From Monocercomonoides exilis PA203 (Eukaryota; Protista; Preaxostyla), in contig LSRY02000037.1 in NCBI GenBank assembly GCA_001643675.2, positions 310,001 to 374,000 on the forward strand: DNA of 64,000 nt, written 5' to 3'. Under the pieces are notes generated by a model. The model was given only the letters and a program-made list of their open reading frames with translations, had not been told where the DNA came from and searched no databases. Numbering within the stretch: the stretch's first letter is position 1; the number at the start of each line of letters is the position of its first letter. Made by a program: the position numbers and the translations under genes. Positions 13,359 through 27,423 of the stretch are shown here, piece by piece.

Positions 13359-13626
13359 TGGGAAATTCTTTTTGAAAAGTGGCAAATATTTGATTATTAA
13401 ATAAATCTAAATTTTCATATTTTTCTCAAATATCTGTTTTTTCTCACGAATCTTCTATGGAACGAATGAAATAGCATTATCGAGAAATAGATTCCTTGTT
13501 GGTGAAGTTTGGCGTTCGCGGATGAAAATTTCATAAAAATATGATATTTTTGATTTATTTGAAATTTAAACATTTGCGACTTATCAAAAAGAATCACCCA
13601 CAATGTGGGTGATTCTTTTTGAAATC
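13359..13626. mobile_element. TGGGTGATTC-family MITE (13359-13600) followed by a second TIR (13606-13626)
   Basis: Homologous to 1738-1979. CAATG lies on both sides (13354-13358 and 13601-13605), then TGGGTGATTCTTTTTGAAA starts again. Confidence 0.7.
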
Positions 13627-14099
13627 TTAACTTTTTTCTGTGTATTGATTTTTCTAGGGTTGTTTGTCATTGAATAATGATTTTGAATTCAAATTGAACG
13701 TTTGTCAAAACTGTTTTAAAATTGAAGTCGAAGCACAAACAAAGAAGAGGAAATTTTTATTGAGCCATTTCACTTTTCAGTTATCATTATATAATATACA
13801 AGGGATATTTTTGAACAGAAAATTTTAAATGATAAAACATGATTTCAAAAATAATCACACATATTCAAATTATCGTTCAACCAGAATAGGATGGAATTTC
13901 TTTATTTAAAAAAAAATTTTTTTATGTTGGCAACCCTCGAAATTTTCAAAATGACCACCATCTTTATGTATTGTTATGAAAGTACAACAAGAGAAATTCA
14001 ACCTTCACAGATTTATATCTTTTCTTTCTTCGTCTGAATGAAGAAAGCGTTCAACAAGGCAGTTAAGAAAATAAAGAATAATTCAAAAAGGAGGTTTCA

Positions 14100-15330
14100 A
14101 AGCATCTGATGTATTCAAAGCACGATTAATTTCAAAGAGTGCACACAACAGAGCTGTTGAGGCGAAAAATGAACATTGAGACGTCGGAATAAATGAAAGA
14201 CCCTGGAAAATCAGAAAAATGTTTCGGGATGGTGTATATAAATGTAAATATAAAAAGATTTCATCATCTCGAAGGAACAACTGCAAAGCAATGTACAAAT
14301 GCAGTTTGAATTTTTTGTTTCAAATATTAAATTGCTTTTTTATTATAAACAGGAAAGTTTTGTCTATTCTTCAAAAAAGTACGAAAGCGGAAATGAAAAG
14401 GCTGTAAACAAAAAGTGGGGATATTTTTTTATTTCCAAAATAAAAAGATGTTTATTGAAAAAACTCACAAAACTTCCAATAAACAGAATCGAACACTCAA
14501 CAAGGCTCATTTTGCGTCCTTTTTTTGAAGATTTGGAAGAATTATATAAGAAGAAGAAATATATTCTACAATTAATATTTAATCTGGATGAAACTTACAT
14601 CAAAAGAGACACAATTGAATCAACGAAGATAGTTACTCTGCCGGATTGCCCCAGCCCAATTTCTCAAGAAGCACCTCTTCCTCCATCAATTTCTTTGCTT
14701 TTACTTATTTCTGCTGACGGGGAGCATTGCAAGACTTCTGTGATCAGCCATTCTACCTTTCTTCCTCAGGAATATGCACAGGCCAACTCCGACAACTTTG
14801 TTTTTACTGCTTCAACAAAAAAAGGAATGGATTCTTGTTTATTTTTTGATTTATTCAAATTTGTTGTTGTTGATTCCATCGAAAGATGAAGAAAACTTAT
14901 GGGATTATCGAACTTTTCTTCATGCCAGAATATGAACGGTGCATCGACACGCACGAACGAAATTGTTTGGGAGCTGGCAAAGGAAAACAAGATCGTTGTT
15001 GTGTTTCCAACTTTATACAACTTTGAATATAGTGAATCCATTAAATGAAAATGTTAATGCAAATAAAAAGAAATTTATTTAGACTTCTTTTACAGACTTT
15101 GTGCGAAGCAGTGCCGCATCAAACAGATCCAACTTCGTCAAAAAACTTAAAGAAGCATTATCAGAAGCGTTAAAGCCATCTACCATCGTCGCATCTTTTA
15201 AAAATTCTGGCCTTTGGCCCTAAATTCCTGAAATTGTGCTGAAAAGCCTCAGTGAAACATCTCCTATAGAAGATTGCAAAGCTTCCAGAAACAAAATCCA
15301 CTTGATTGATTACAAAAAGTGCAGAATTTT
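14100..15330 (+). pseudogene. pogo/DDE_1 transposase pseudogene (copy 3)
   Basis: LIFNLDETYI, LLLISADGEH, KKGMDSCLF and later FKNSGLWP are present, with several stops and frameshifts. Confidence 0.8.
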
Positions 15331-16619
15331 CGCTTTCGATTTATTTTTTTCTTTTATCCACACAGAACATTTCATTATATCCTTTTTTATAACTGTTTTC
15401 AATAAAAAAATTTCCCGGGTTATCTACTAACGATCTCATTTTATTTTATAATTGTGCATAAAAATAACATTGAAAAATCAATCAATTCTTTTTTTTTTTT
15501 TTGAAATAACCTAAAACTTTTTAAGAACGTTCCTCTGGAGCATGAAAACTTTTTGTCAAAATGAAGCTGAATGCGAAGGTTTTTGATATTATTTGCAAAA
15601 CTTTGAAAAAATTTGCGCTTCAAACTTTGAATTTTGGTTTTTAGTCTTGGAGTTAATTCAACCGAATATTTTGAAAATATAAGTCATAATTTCAGAGTCC
15701 ATTTTTTCCCATCATATATCACATTTTTAAGAGTTAACTTTGAATGTTGATAAACGAACATGGAGATATAAAAACTCCTTTCAAAAATAACTTTTTCAGA
15801 ATATAATCACAAACATCTTTTTTATTTTCAACTATCTTTAATTATTTTTGAAATAATTATTCATCTCTAAAGATATTAAACCTTTGAAGAATCAACGCTC
15901 TTTCAAAAGTTATGATTTCAAAAATCTTCGCAAACATTTATTTGTCTTTGTGAAATAAGGCAATGAAAAATGAATGAAAAAATGGAAAGAATCTTCGTGC
16001 ATTGAAGAATAAAACTGGAAACGAATCTGATCGTATTTGATGTGGTAATATCCAGTTTTGAAAGATTAAAATCAACCATGCTTGTTTTCAGATGCAAGAA
16101 TCCAATTTATACTGATATTAAAGAAAGAAAAAAATATCAAAGAGTTAAAAAGTATTCATGATTCGTGTCAAAAAGCAAATGAAATTGGAGTTTTGGTTTT
16201 TCAACAGATGAAATAATAAGATGGGGTTATTATTTCGCGTATGAATATTTGCTGTAATTATTAATTTTTTGTTTCTGCATTCTTTAAATTATATGCCTTT
16301 CTAATTCTTGTTCCTCTTCACATTTCTTAAAATGTGCCGAAGGATTCAAGAAAAAAATCAAAGATGAGCCTATTGTTGCAAAATGCTTATCATGTGGGTT
16401 CCATTGTTAATTCGAATTGTCTCTGAATCTGATTTTTATCTGAATATATCATTCACTACTCGAAAAAGTTGAAACAAGATTGAAAATAAGAAAAAGAAAG
16501 AATGTCACATTGAAAAAACCATTTGATTACACAAAACACTTTCAGATTTGCAATTGTCACAATATGAATAAATTTTCATTTTTAACTTCACATCATCTTG
16601 ATAGAATGTTTTGAAATTA

Positions 16620-17540
16620 GAGGACATCGCTTGAGAAAGCTGTCAGAAGAATACAAATATCGAAAAAAATATTCTTTGGCAAAGATGAATCTTCTTTTTT
16701 TTTTTTCTTTCGTAGTGAAGTGAAATTAATAATATCACTGATAAACATTTTGTGTTCAAAAACGACTAAAATGATACCGAAAACTTTTCACATTGCAGGT
16801 GTCGTTGCATAAGACTTATATTTTGCACCTGCCATTTGCAACAAAACAAACCTATTTCTCAAAAACAAAAAGTGCAATTTTCATCAAGAGATGGTGTAAA
16901 TGCAAATTCGAACAAATGGATGGATCAAGCATTATTCAGCAAATGTGACATCACAGTTCTTATTCTTGCAATTATTTACAGAAGAAAACTTTTCTATATG
17001 GAATCTCTTCACCACGTTCTTCTTTTAGACTTGCACTCATACTGATTTGATCCACAATAGGGAGACAGTTCAAAGAACCAGAAATTGATGCAGTCACCTT
17101 CGTTCATCATTCAACACCTAAATCATATCAGCTGGACATATGTGTCATTTCAGTGAATAAGTCTGAGCTTTCCAACAAAAACTGCTCTCCATCATACACC
17201 TCCTCATCTGAAAAAAGAACAGCTGTTGCAGATGCGTTGCCATAAGCTTTTAACAATGCATTTTCACATAAAGTGATCAAAAAATAATTCATCAATAGCG
17301 GTATTCTCAATAATGCTTCAGGGTCAGTGCTTATGAAACATCTTAAGTCTCTTCAATTCTCAGTTCCTTCATATTCACATTGTTTCGACATCTTCGGAAA
17401 AGAAATAACAAAAGAACAGCTTCTTAAGGAAAGAGATTCATTAGGAAAAATGCATTTGATGAAAATAGAAGAAATCGTTGAGAAAAATAAGAAATCGAGG
17501 AACAATAGCCTTCTTGAAAAAGTGAAAAGTCCAATATGAT
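16620..17540 (+). pseudogene. Highly decayed DDE_1 transposase (copy 4)
   Basis: SNKWMDQALF, VLLLDLHSY, TFVHHST, KRTAVADALP and SHCFDIFGKEIT are collinear with the 2463-3140 protein. Confidence 0.75.
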
Positions 17541-18037
17541 TCATTAAAGATAATGAAAACAGTTATGATCATTTTTGATAACTTTGAATTCAAAAAATGG
17601 AAAAAGATAAATGAAAAGAGTTTGAGATTTGAGTTTTGAATGCTATTGATGAGTTTCAAGGAATTTAAAAATTTCAAAAAAATCTTTTTCCTTATATAAA
17701 AAAATCCAATAAGAAGATAGCCCAAAAAAAAAAAAAACTCCAATTAAAAAAACAGTTATAAAAATCTCTTTGAAACATTACAGTATAACTTTCATTTAAA
17801 ATTTCAATTATTGCACCAATGTGCAACATTTGGTGAAAAGAAAAAGAAATATCCGAAAAAAAAACAAACATCAACAAATTAAGATTTAAAAACAAAACAA
17901 AAGATGTAATCATTTCACAGCAAAAATAAATAAATACATATTAACACATTGTCTCCTGTAAGGAGAGAGTTTCTCGTTTGCCATTTCTATATCTATCAAA
18001 TCCAATGCTTGTAACTTTTTTTTTATCCAATCAATTT

Positions 18038-20013
18038 TTATCTACGCTCATTAAACTCAACATTTTTTGCTCCTTTAATTTTTTTGGGACCTGTTGGCTT
18101 CTTTATCTTGTCCAACCGAAGCACCTTTACGGATGCTCCATGAGCATGTATCATAATCTAGGTTTTAAACGGAACACATACATATATACAAAAAATTACT
18201 TCAGCCTCTTTCGAATTAAAAATTAAAATTGAGAAACCTGAAATTGAACGCATTTCGGAACCTTTGAAATAAGAACGGGTTGCTTTTTTCGATTCACAAA
18301 GAATGATGCTGTTTTTTTCTTTGTGTTAACCTCGCATGCAACTTGAGATCCCTTTGACTTCCATTCACTGGTCAACTTCTGTCCATCTCTCAAATCTCCA
18401 TTTGGATTCGAGATAATTCCATCTGAATCCAATGCAACATATTGAATTTGGGAATTACTCTCACTTCCCACTGGGGCTGCAAATGGATTTGTTGAGGCAA
18501 ACGGATTCGCACTCGAAGCGAATCCAAATGGATTAGAGGGTGCAAATGGATTTGTTGAAGCAAATGCGTTCGATGTTGCATGAATAGAAGAATGCCCCTT
18601 CATCTTCTTCATCTTCTTCGGCTTCAGCGACGAATCGCGCTTCTTGATTGCGTTCTTCATGTCGCTTTTGTATATTCCCAGAAGGCTATATCCTCTCAAC
18701 TCGAACGTCTCTTTCAAAAGCAGATCCACCCGCCAGATGCCCTTGCTGAACGGATTGCCCAAACAAATGGGAATGACTGATGCTCTATTCACTCGAATGA
18801 GCCGCTCCTTCTGCGACAGCTGTATCTTTTCATCAAGAGTAGGATCATACCCAGATGTCTCTTCAAAGAGAAAATGAAGCGGTCCTCTCATTTCTGAAAA
18901 AAATAAACAACGAAAAATGAAATGTTTCAAAATTTGAATATAATATTTGCAATAAATATTGGATGCAATAATAACAAAAAATCAAAATAAAAACAAAGAA
19001 TGCAAACTTCCTTTCACAGGCTTTTTGTTTTCCTCGTATCCTTCTTTTCCTTTCCCTCCTTCAGATGAAGAAGAAGATGCGAAAGAAGAGCAAGAGGAAT
19101 CAGAGTCACTTTCATCAGAGCAACTCTCATCGGGGCTGCTCTCATCTTTTGAGTCTTCTGATTCGTCTCCATTTTCAGATTCGCACTCTCCCTTGCTCTT
19201 CTTTCCCTGCTTTTTAATTCTGCCTTTCAGCACTTGATCTTCTTCTCCAAAAGGATTTTTTGGAAATTCAGTGAAGCCATCTTCTTCACCTAAACGGTGC
19301 CAAATATTTGATGATTGAGGCCCACCGAATGAAGAAGATGCGGCAGAAAATGATTCAGCTGATGAAATATCAACAGGCAAATGCTCAGCTGCTTTAATCC
19401 CGGAAGTAAAAATTGGCTTTGGCTCTGCTGCTGAACTTTCAAAGCACGGCACACAATTTGGCAACCCAACAGAAATCTCTGAATTGCACATTGGAGCGAA
19501 TGAATGCAAACTGCTTTTTGAAGGAATGACTCGGCGAGCGAGAGAAGAATTAACCTTGCCTATTTCTGATACTCTTGCTGTTTTCGAAGATAAATGAGAT
19601 TGAAAAGACAATTCCTCATTCGTCAAACTCTGAATGGTTTTTTCTCCAAAACCAAAAAATTCTCCGTCTGCATTCTTTGACGAAGTGCTCGAAGCTGTAC
19701 AAAAAAATGTTTTGGTATTTCAATTTTCAAATTGAAAACAAAATTTTGAAAACAAACAGTTCTCAGCAACAACTTCCTCAGCAATCCTACACGCATCAGT
19801 TCCACTCATTCCATATTCTTCCTTGAGGATGTTCCTTATGTCTTCTTCCACTTCCCCAATTTCAATCCCTCGAAGAAGCAAAGCTGTTTCTTTCATCAAC
19901 GAAAAAAATCCTTCTTTTTTTTCCTCGCTTGAATCAGAAATTTCCAGACCCAATTCGCTCAAAGTTTCTTCCCTAGACAATTTGAATCTTTCGGCTATTC
20001 TTAAGAGACTCAT
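18038..20013 (-). CDS. Four-exon protein with an acidic/Ser-rich linker and a C-terminal SPRY/B30.2-like domain carrying NPF repeats
   Basis: Exons ~20013-19758, ~19694-19008, ~18893-18238 and 18157-18038 join in frame (…ENS-SSTS…; …PVKGK-MRGPL…; …VQFQ-IMIHAHG…ERR*). The SPRY-like segment is GSQVACEVNTKKKTASFFVNRKKQPV. Confidence 0.75.
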
Positions 20014-21721
20014 AATGTGCTTTTATTCAAATAAACGTGATCAATACCATATGTGCTTTAATTGTTTCGATTTATTTGGAACAGAATTTTTGCATTTATG
20101 AAAAATTCAATGATTAATTCCAAAAATTTTCTCACATCGAATAACTGTAATTCTGGCATCTTCATGCAAAATAAAATATTTGAATATAAAAAAGTAGAGA
20201 AAAATCTTTGAAAGCAATTTGTGGAACAAAATTCATAAAGCAGAGTATTTCTTCCCACTTTAACATCAAATCAACACATATCTCATTTTCACAAAAGTAT
20301 TATTCACTTATAAAATAAAAACTCGTCGAATGAAGAAATATGATATTCAAATATTCTTAAAAAAATGCAAAAAAGAAGATATTGTTAATTTGAAAGATAT
20401 TCGAATAATACGACTTATCTTTTGTGAGAAAACAGAAAATCAAGGATTATCATTTGTCCATTGAGTAAAAAGATTTCAACTTTGTACACTTATTTTGATT
20501 TTTTGTATTTTGAAATAACTTGGTTTTTCTCTTCTGTTTCTTTCTTCTTGCTTCAAGGCTTTCTTCATCTTCCTCCAATTTGTCCTCTTTGACTTAATAT
20601 TTATTTCGTGAATTTCAATTTTAAAAGCTATCATGTGCAGATTATTTCTGTATTTTTTCAAATAATAATAAATTTTCTTTATTTTCAAATTATTCAATGA
20701 AAGATAACTCTTCATTTTCTTCCTTTCATCTGCTCAATTCAACTGGAATCAGTTTATCTATTTTTTTAGTGTAATCAGTTGATAATTGAGATACTATCTT
20801 CAAAAGAATCACTGTTCAAACACAATGAAACTCAGAAAGAAAGAAAAACAATGTTTCGAATTTATTGACTTTCAACAAGAATAAATACCAAAACAGAGAT
20901 TGAGAGTGAAAATGTTTTCCAACCATATGAACAATCCATTTCTTTGCTCGTTTGTCTTTTTCTTCACACCTCCCGCATTCTTCGTTTCGCTTCAATTTAT
21001 TCATCAGTCATTGACAATAAACTGAAAATACAACAGAACAAATAACAACCATTCTCTTCAGGCAATTATTCAAAAGAATCGATGGTGAATCGTAACTTTC
21101 AGTGTGAAATTGGAAAGCAAATAAAAAATGGATATCATCCAGCTGGCCAACTGGCCCTATTCATCCATTTTGTCTCTTTATTTTCAAACAAAATTCTGTT
21201 ATGCACATGCACTCAGAAATAATTATGAAGAATGACCCAAATAACATTCACCATTTCTTCTCTTTTGAATAACTGTTTTTGAATTTGTGAAAAAAAGAAC
21301 TTCAAATCGAATCAAATGAACAAAAGCTGCTGAAAGAAACAGGAGCGTTCAAGTTTCTGTGTTTTGAGAATGATATGCTTCTGCTTGTGGAAATGAAATG
21401 AAACCCAAAACAAAGAAGACATGGAAGATGAAAACTGGGTCAGAGCAAAAATGAAATAAAATGGCGATGTTTCATCAATGCGGAGAAGGAAAGATGAAAA
21501 AAGTCGAAACTCACCAAAAAATACTCACGCTGCATATGACAATGTGATTGTGAGGCATTCTTCAATGATCAAAAAGAAAAACACAAAAGGCCATGCATTT
21601 CAAAGAAGCAGAATTCAATAGCAAATGAGTTAAAAGATAAACAACGAATAAAGAAGATAATAACTTCTTTCTCTTTCAAATTTTGCACTTTGAATAAATC
21701 AATCTCTAATTATTTGTTGCA

Positions 21722-22763
21722 TTTCTCTCACAAATGACTAGGGTCAACTTTTTAATGGGACTTTTTTCTTTATTGGCACTTTTTTGTTTTTGCACGCCAA
21801 TCATTCAAAAAAGCTTGATGAACCACAACACTCGGATGAGTGTGTTTATAAAACAAATACGTTAAATTACCGGTTTGTTTTTTAAATTTTGTTTATTTTT
21901 CGTAGAGAGACAGCAATTTTTTATTTATTTTGAAGTGACTTTTTTCAGCCGAAGAAGCGTTTCACAAATTTTTGAAATATATTTTTAAAAACTACTAGCA
22001 TTATCCTTTTTATATTCAAAATCTTAAGTTTAACAATTTGTTTTTTCTTCATTTTTTCACATTTCAATTTTTTATCAACATGCAAACACAAATTTGAAAA
22101 TTTCTTTGTTATCAAAATGAAGTGTAAAAAATAAAAATTTGATATGAAAATTACACACTCTTATGAAGAAGTGTGAAAAAGGTTGAACATTAAATTTTTC
22201 TTTTTATCTCAAACAGATGAATGGTCACAACATTGAATGATCTGAGATCACACTTATTCTATTTTAATGTGTTGAAAGCAAAAAGAAAATTTTAATGTTC
22301 AACCTTTTTCACACTTCTTCATAAGAGTGTGTAATTTTCATATCAAATTTTTATTTTTTACACTTCATTTTGATAACAAAGAAATTTTCAAATTTGTGTT
22401 TGCATGTTGATAAAAAATTGAAATGTGAAAAAATGAAGAAAAAACAAATTGTTAAACTTAAGATTTTGAATATAAAAAGGATAATGCTAGTAGTTTTTAA
22501 AAATATATTTCAAAAATTTGTGAAACGCTTCTTCGGCTGAAAAAAGTCACTTCAAAATAAATAAAAAATTGCTGTCTCTCTACGAAAAATAAACAAAATT
22601 TAAAAAACAAACCGGTAATTTAACGTATTTGTTTTATAAACACACTCATCCGAGTGTTGTGGTTCATCAAGCTTTTTTGAATGATTGGCGTGCAAAAACA
22701 AAAAAGTGCCAATAAAGAAAAAAGTCCCATTAAAAAGTTGACCCTAGTCATTTGTGAGAGAAA
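21722..22763. mobile_element. ~1-kb foldback element (MITE): ~484-bp inverted arms, ~74-bp spacer
   Basis: 21722-22205 is the near-perfect reverse complement of 22280-22763. The core TA|GGGTCA...TGACCC|TA spans 21741-22744. Confidence 0.93.
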
Positions 22764-23783
22764 ATGCTGACACACGAAGTTCAAATCTTCCCCGTGGAAC
22801 TTTCTGATAATCGGATGCTTTGTTGATGGTATTCTTCATACGATTTGAAAAATTACGGAGTCATAAAAAGTATTCCCTTTCATTTCACATTTACCTGGAT
22901 TTGACACAGAAACAGAAATCCTCAAAGATTCAATTTCGAAACTCTTTTTTCATTTTTTCATTGCAACTTTGATGTATTTGTTTTCTTCATTTGATATGAT
23001 CCCCCATTTCCTTGCCAAAAAATACTCAAAGCAATTACTCCAATCTTGAGCATCAAAATTCTGTGTTATTTTGAATAATGAACTGTTTTCACTGAATTCT
23101 ATCTTTTTTTCCTCTTTCATTTGATTGAATGCTGAAGTTGCTTTCTTCTCTTGCACCAAACAAAAATAGTGAAAGGCTTTGCATTTGCATATATTCCTTT
23201 GTTTCCAAATTATTTGTTTATAATCTGCTCCGTTCCCATCGCATTGCTCTCCAAAGCGGAGATTGCCCATTTCAACAATAAATCGGATTCATAGGCTTTA
23301 AAAAGGAAGCAGAAGGAAATATTTTCGCAATAAATAATGCAATATATATATCAAGAATTCAGATATTTTCATAAAATAACAAAATTGTTGTATTCATCTT
23401 GGTCTTCCAATTATCTGAATTCATCGATTATTATTTGAAAATTATTGTATCTCCACCATTTCCAGCTATCATAACAGGATATAATATTTCTTATTTAGGA
23501 ATACATATTCACTCGCTGTTCTAATATTTTTAGCAATCTTCAACACAATACGAAAAAGTCTTATGATCAAAGAATCCATTACAACAAATCCAATTGGATC
23601 AAGTTTGTATTCTTTTTAATTCTTTGTCAAAAATACTAATACTGAGAAGAATGGTATGAATACTTATATTTTCATGGCTGTTTCAAATTTTTTGTAATAT
23701 GCTTTTCATTTCTTTCTGTGTTTTTTGTTTTTCATTTCAATGGCTCAATTCTTGTGCTGTCTGGTAGAAATACGTTTTCATAA

Positions 23784-25202
23784 ATGCAGGCAAAGAATGC
23801 AACTGAAAGATTCACTGGTTTGCAATTATTGTTGCTTGTGAATTTTTTGATGATCGTTATTTTATCTTTTATTCTTTGAAGAATTGTTTTCTGAGATTGA
23901 ACATTCCATTGAAAGTGAGCAGAAACATGAAATCGAAGAATTAAATGGATTCATGGAGGAGATGGACAGAAAAGAATTCGAATCTATCTTCATTGAAAAA
24001 TTGTTCAATAGTATAGACAAAATGATTGAAGAAAAGAAAATGCCTTTGGAAAATGCCATTTTGCTTCAAAAGCACATAGGATATTGTATGACATTGAAAA
24101 GGACGTTTAATTGCAGTTTTTCGTTTTCTTCTTTGAGCAACAGAATAGAAAAGATGATAATTGAAGGAAATAAGAAAAAAGATGGAAAGGATGAATATCA
24201 ACTTGTTAATCTTTGTGAATGCTATCTGTTGAATTGTGCGCTTGCGCCAAACGAATTTCCTTCAATATGTTTGCCTTGTTTACTGAAAGCTGCCTCAAAG
24301 AAAGAGGAAGATGATGAAACTCAAAAAGAAGTGGAAATGGCTTTGCTATCTTTGAGTAACATTCCCTATTTTGTTTGAGCATTTCTATTTCATTTTTGAT
24401 ATTATTGTTTTTTTTCCTCTCGATATTTTATTGTTAGAGATTTGATAAAGAACTGTATTTGAATGAAATCAAAGAGATTATCCTGAATCATCAGGAGCGA
24501 CACAATTTAACACGACTTGCTTATCAGTCTGCTTGGCAGTTTTTGATGAACGAGTTCGAATACGAAGAAGGCTTGGAAGGAGTGATTGTGAATGAATTGC
24601 ATTTTATTAAAGAAGCGCCAACTGAAATGGAAGAGCTTTCGAAATATGCAAATTGGAAAAGAGAAAAAAAAGATGAAAGAGGAAAAGAGATAAAAGAAGA
24701 GCTTCCTTTGATAGGATGGCTCGGAACTTTGAAGTGCTATTTCCTCAGTTGCAAATTGTGGAATGAAGAATTTGCGGGACTAATCGACGGAATTTTAAGG
24801 GCATTCAGAGCAGCAAAAGAGAACTATAGAGATATTAGCTACTGGTGCGTTTGTTCATTTGAAGAGGCCGCAGATCAAAATGCAGTGAAAGGTGATGACT
24901 TATTGAAAGGCGGGAGCTATTGATTTCATTTTGAAGGAGTTTCAGCAATCGGCATTGAATGATGAAAAAACAATTTATTGTTTGCAATTCTTTGATTTGA
25001 TTCAAAGAAATTGAAAGGAAAGAAGAAAGAAGAAAGGGAAAAAGAGGAAAGAGAGACAACCAAAAGGAAGGTTTTTGATAAGTTGGAAGAAGAAGGATTT
25101 GAAGATGCAATCACTCGCTTTCATAGCATATTGGATTTTCTTATCGGAAAATATCACATTAAATTGTCTTTTGATGTTTCTGATTATTTTTTGAATGTTT
25201 GA
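23784..25202 (+). pseudogene. Helical 'LTRLAYQSAW' family paralog 3, two frameshifts in the last exon
   Basis: Exons 23784-23817, 23882-24372 and 24438-25202. Frameshifts near 24914 (GGCGGGAGCTATTG) and ~25005 could be real or sequencing errors. Confidence 0.8.
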
Positions 25203-27423
25203 TGAAATGATATTTTATATTTTCTGAGACTCAAAATTTTTATTTTTGTTTCTTCTTTTCTCATTTTCTTCACCATTTTTTTTGAGCAGAATCCAGCTTC
25301 ATTTTCTTTTGAAGATTCAATGCATTTTGTAGATAAAAAAAGTCTCATTTGAATCTGAAGAACTCTCATTTTTGTTTATCCAAAAGTTCATAGAAACAGG
25401 AGTGACATGTTTTATTCTCAACAATTCACTTTTGCAAACGGAAATATTCAAAGGCACAAACATATTCAACCAATATGGAACAAATGAAGTTTCAAAATGG
25501 AAATTTTTGGTTCAAATTTTCTATTAGTTTCAGTAATCAACACAAATAAAGTCTTGGATCAAAAATAATCTTATTTTTCTTCAAAAGCAACTCTTTATTC
25601 TTATGGTCAAAATAAAAAAATACCGAATTTCCCTATTATCAGCTTATGGTGAAACATCTCTTGTATTTTCTATTTCAAAATAGTCTAATGATAAATCCCC
25701 ATTTGAAAGCGTTGCAGATCCTCCGATCTCCCTGCTTTCGTTTGAAATATCTTCAATTCCATCTTTTTGATCTTCAAATTCCTTTGTTAGTGCAAAATCA
25801 TGATCATCTCCGAGGCATTGTGAAATTTCTCGAAAGACATCCTCATGATCATCCATTTCAAATTGCCTTTCATTCCCTGCCCTTTTCTGATTTTTTTGAA
25901 AATCATCCAATGTCCAAATGAAAAAGGAAATGACGCACTTCTTTTTTGTTTGCACTTCAACTGTCCTTCTTTTTTCTGCTCAACATAACATCCGTTTCAT
26001 TGCCTTGTCAGATCCAGCAGAAATTCTAAGAAATGGTGAAAAGCTCTCGATGTTGAGAAAATAATCTTTTTCTTTTTTATCTTCAAATCCATCCAATTTC
26101 TCGCTCTTTCAGCATTCCGAATTTGAAATAATTTAAAAATCTCAAAAAATAATAGCAAACCTCTGAGCCAACGAAACAACAATTTTCTGAACTTTATTCA
26201 ATTAGCAATGGTTTTCTTAAAAAAAAATTCTTTTTAACCATTCTTTGAATAATCTTCGCAAGCAGAGTCATCAGTCGTCCTCTTTATATGTGTTTCCTTC
26301 TCCAAATTTTTCGATTTCAGTTTTTTCCGAGAAAAAGGCTTGATGCTTGTTTTCATTTCCATTCAGCCCATTTCTGCTCAATATTCTTTCAGTTTAACCA
26401 CTTTCAAATCCCTTAATCCTGCTTAACTTTAACAGTCACTCGCTATTCGAACTTGTAAGTTGAACCAGAAAAGGAGATATTTCTGTTTTGTTCATTTTCA
26501 TTTATTCATTTGAATGTGCTGATAATGTGGCAAAAAAATATACCAACAATAAATAATAATAATAATAATAATAAATTTAACTTTCACACAATTTTCAACA
26601 TAACATCCAATTCGTTACTCAGGTTTTAAACAAAACGAATTCAAGATAATCATATGATTGCAAAATCAGAACAACATTCATTCTTCTATGAACGACTGGA
26701 AATGAAAAAAATATTTGTATCAAAATCTTGAAAAGGAAATTTATGCCTCTTCAGATGAAACAACTGCAAAAACACTTGAGAAACAATGCTGCACAGAAAA
26801 ATATTTCCTTTCTTTCAAGAAATTTTTTCATAATGGATCATTCATTTTTAAGATGAATTTGGAACAGTTTCAAACAGCAATTTTTTCCTATGAATACATT
26901 TCAACATTGATTCAATTTCATTTATTTTGGGAAAATCATCACTCAACGCTTTGATCCTGAAAGTTTTCTTCATCCAACAATATCCATTTCCGAATCGCTG
27001 GTTCATGAAAACATCCCGAATACAAAAAAATATCAGAATTGACAGATCATTTGAAACCTAACAGAAAATAGGGCATAGCCTCCAAAAGTTCATGAGGTGA
27101 GTAATTTCCAAAAAAAAAATTAAAAAATCAAAAAATAAAAAGATTGAAAAACAAAATAAAATGGAAGAAACAACCACTCTTTCACATCAGCTGCTCAGAA
27201 GTCGCTCCCAACAAACTTTCCCCACCCCTGTGGCTCCCCCCTTTCATCCAATATTCCGCCATGGCTCCATTCTCCTGCCTCCCAAATAATCATCCATCCC
27301 ATCCCTTCAAATCCTTCACCCTCCATCACCACTCATTCATCAAACACCAATCAAAGAATGCTCTCATCATCATTTCTCCTTCCTCTGCTTTTCATCACCG
27401 TCTTTCAGAAGCCCCAACACTTA

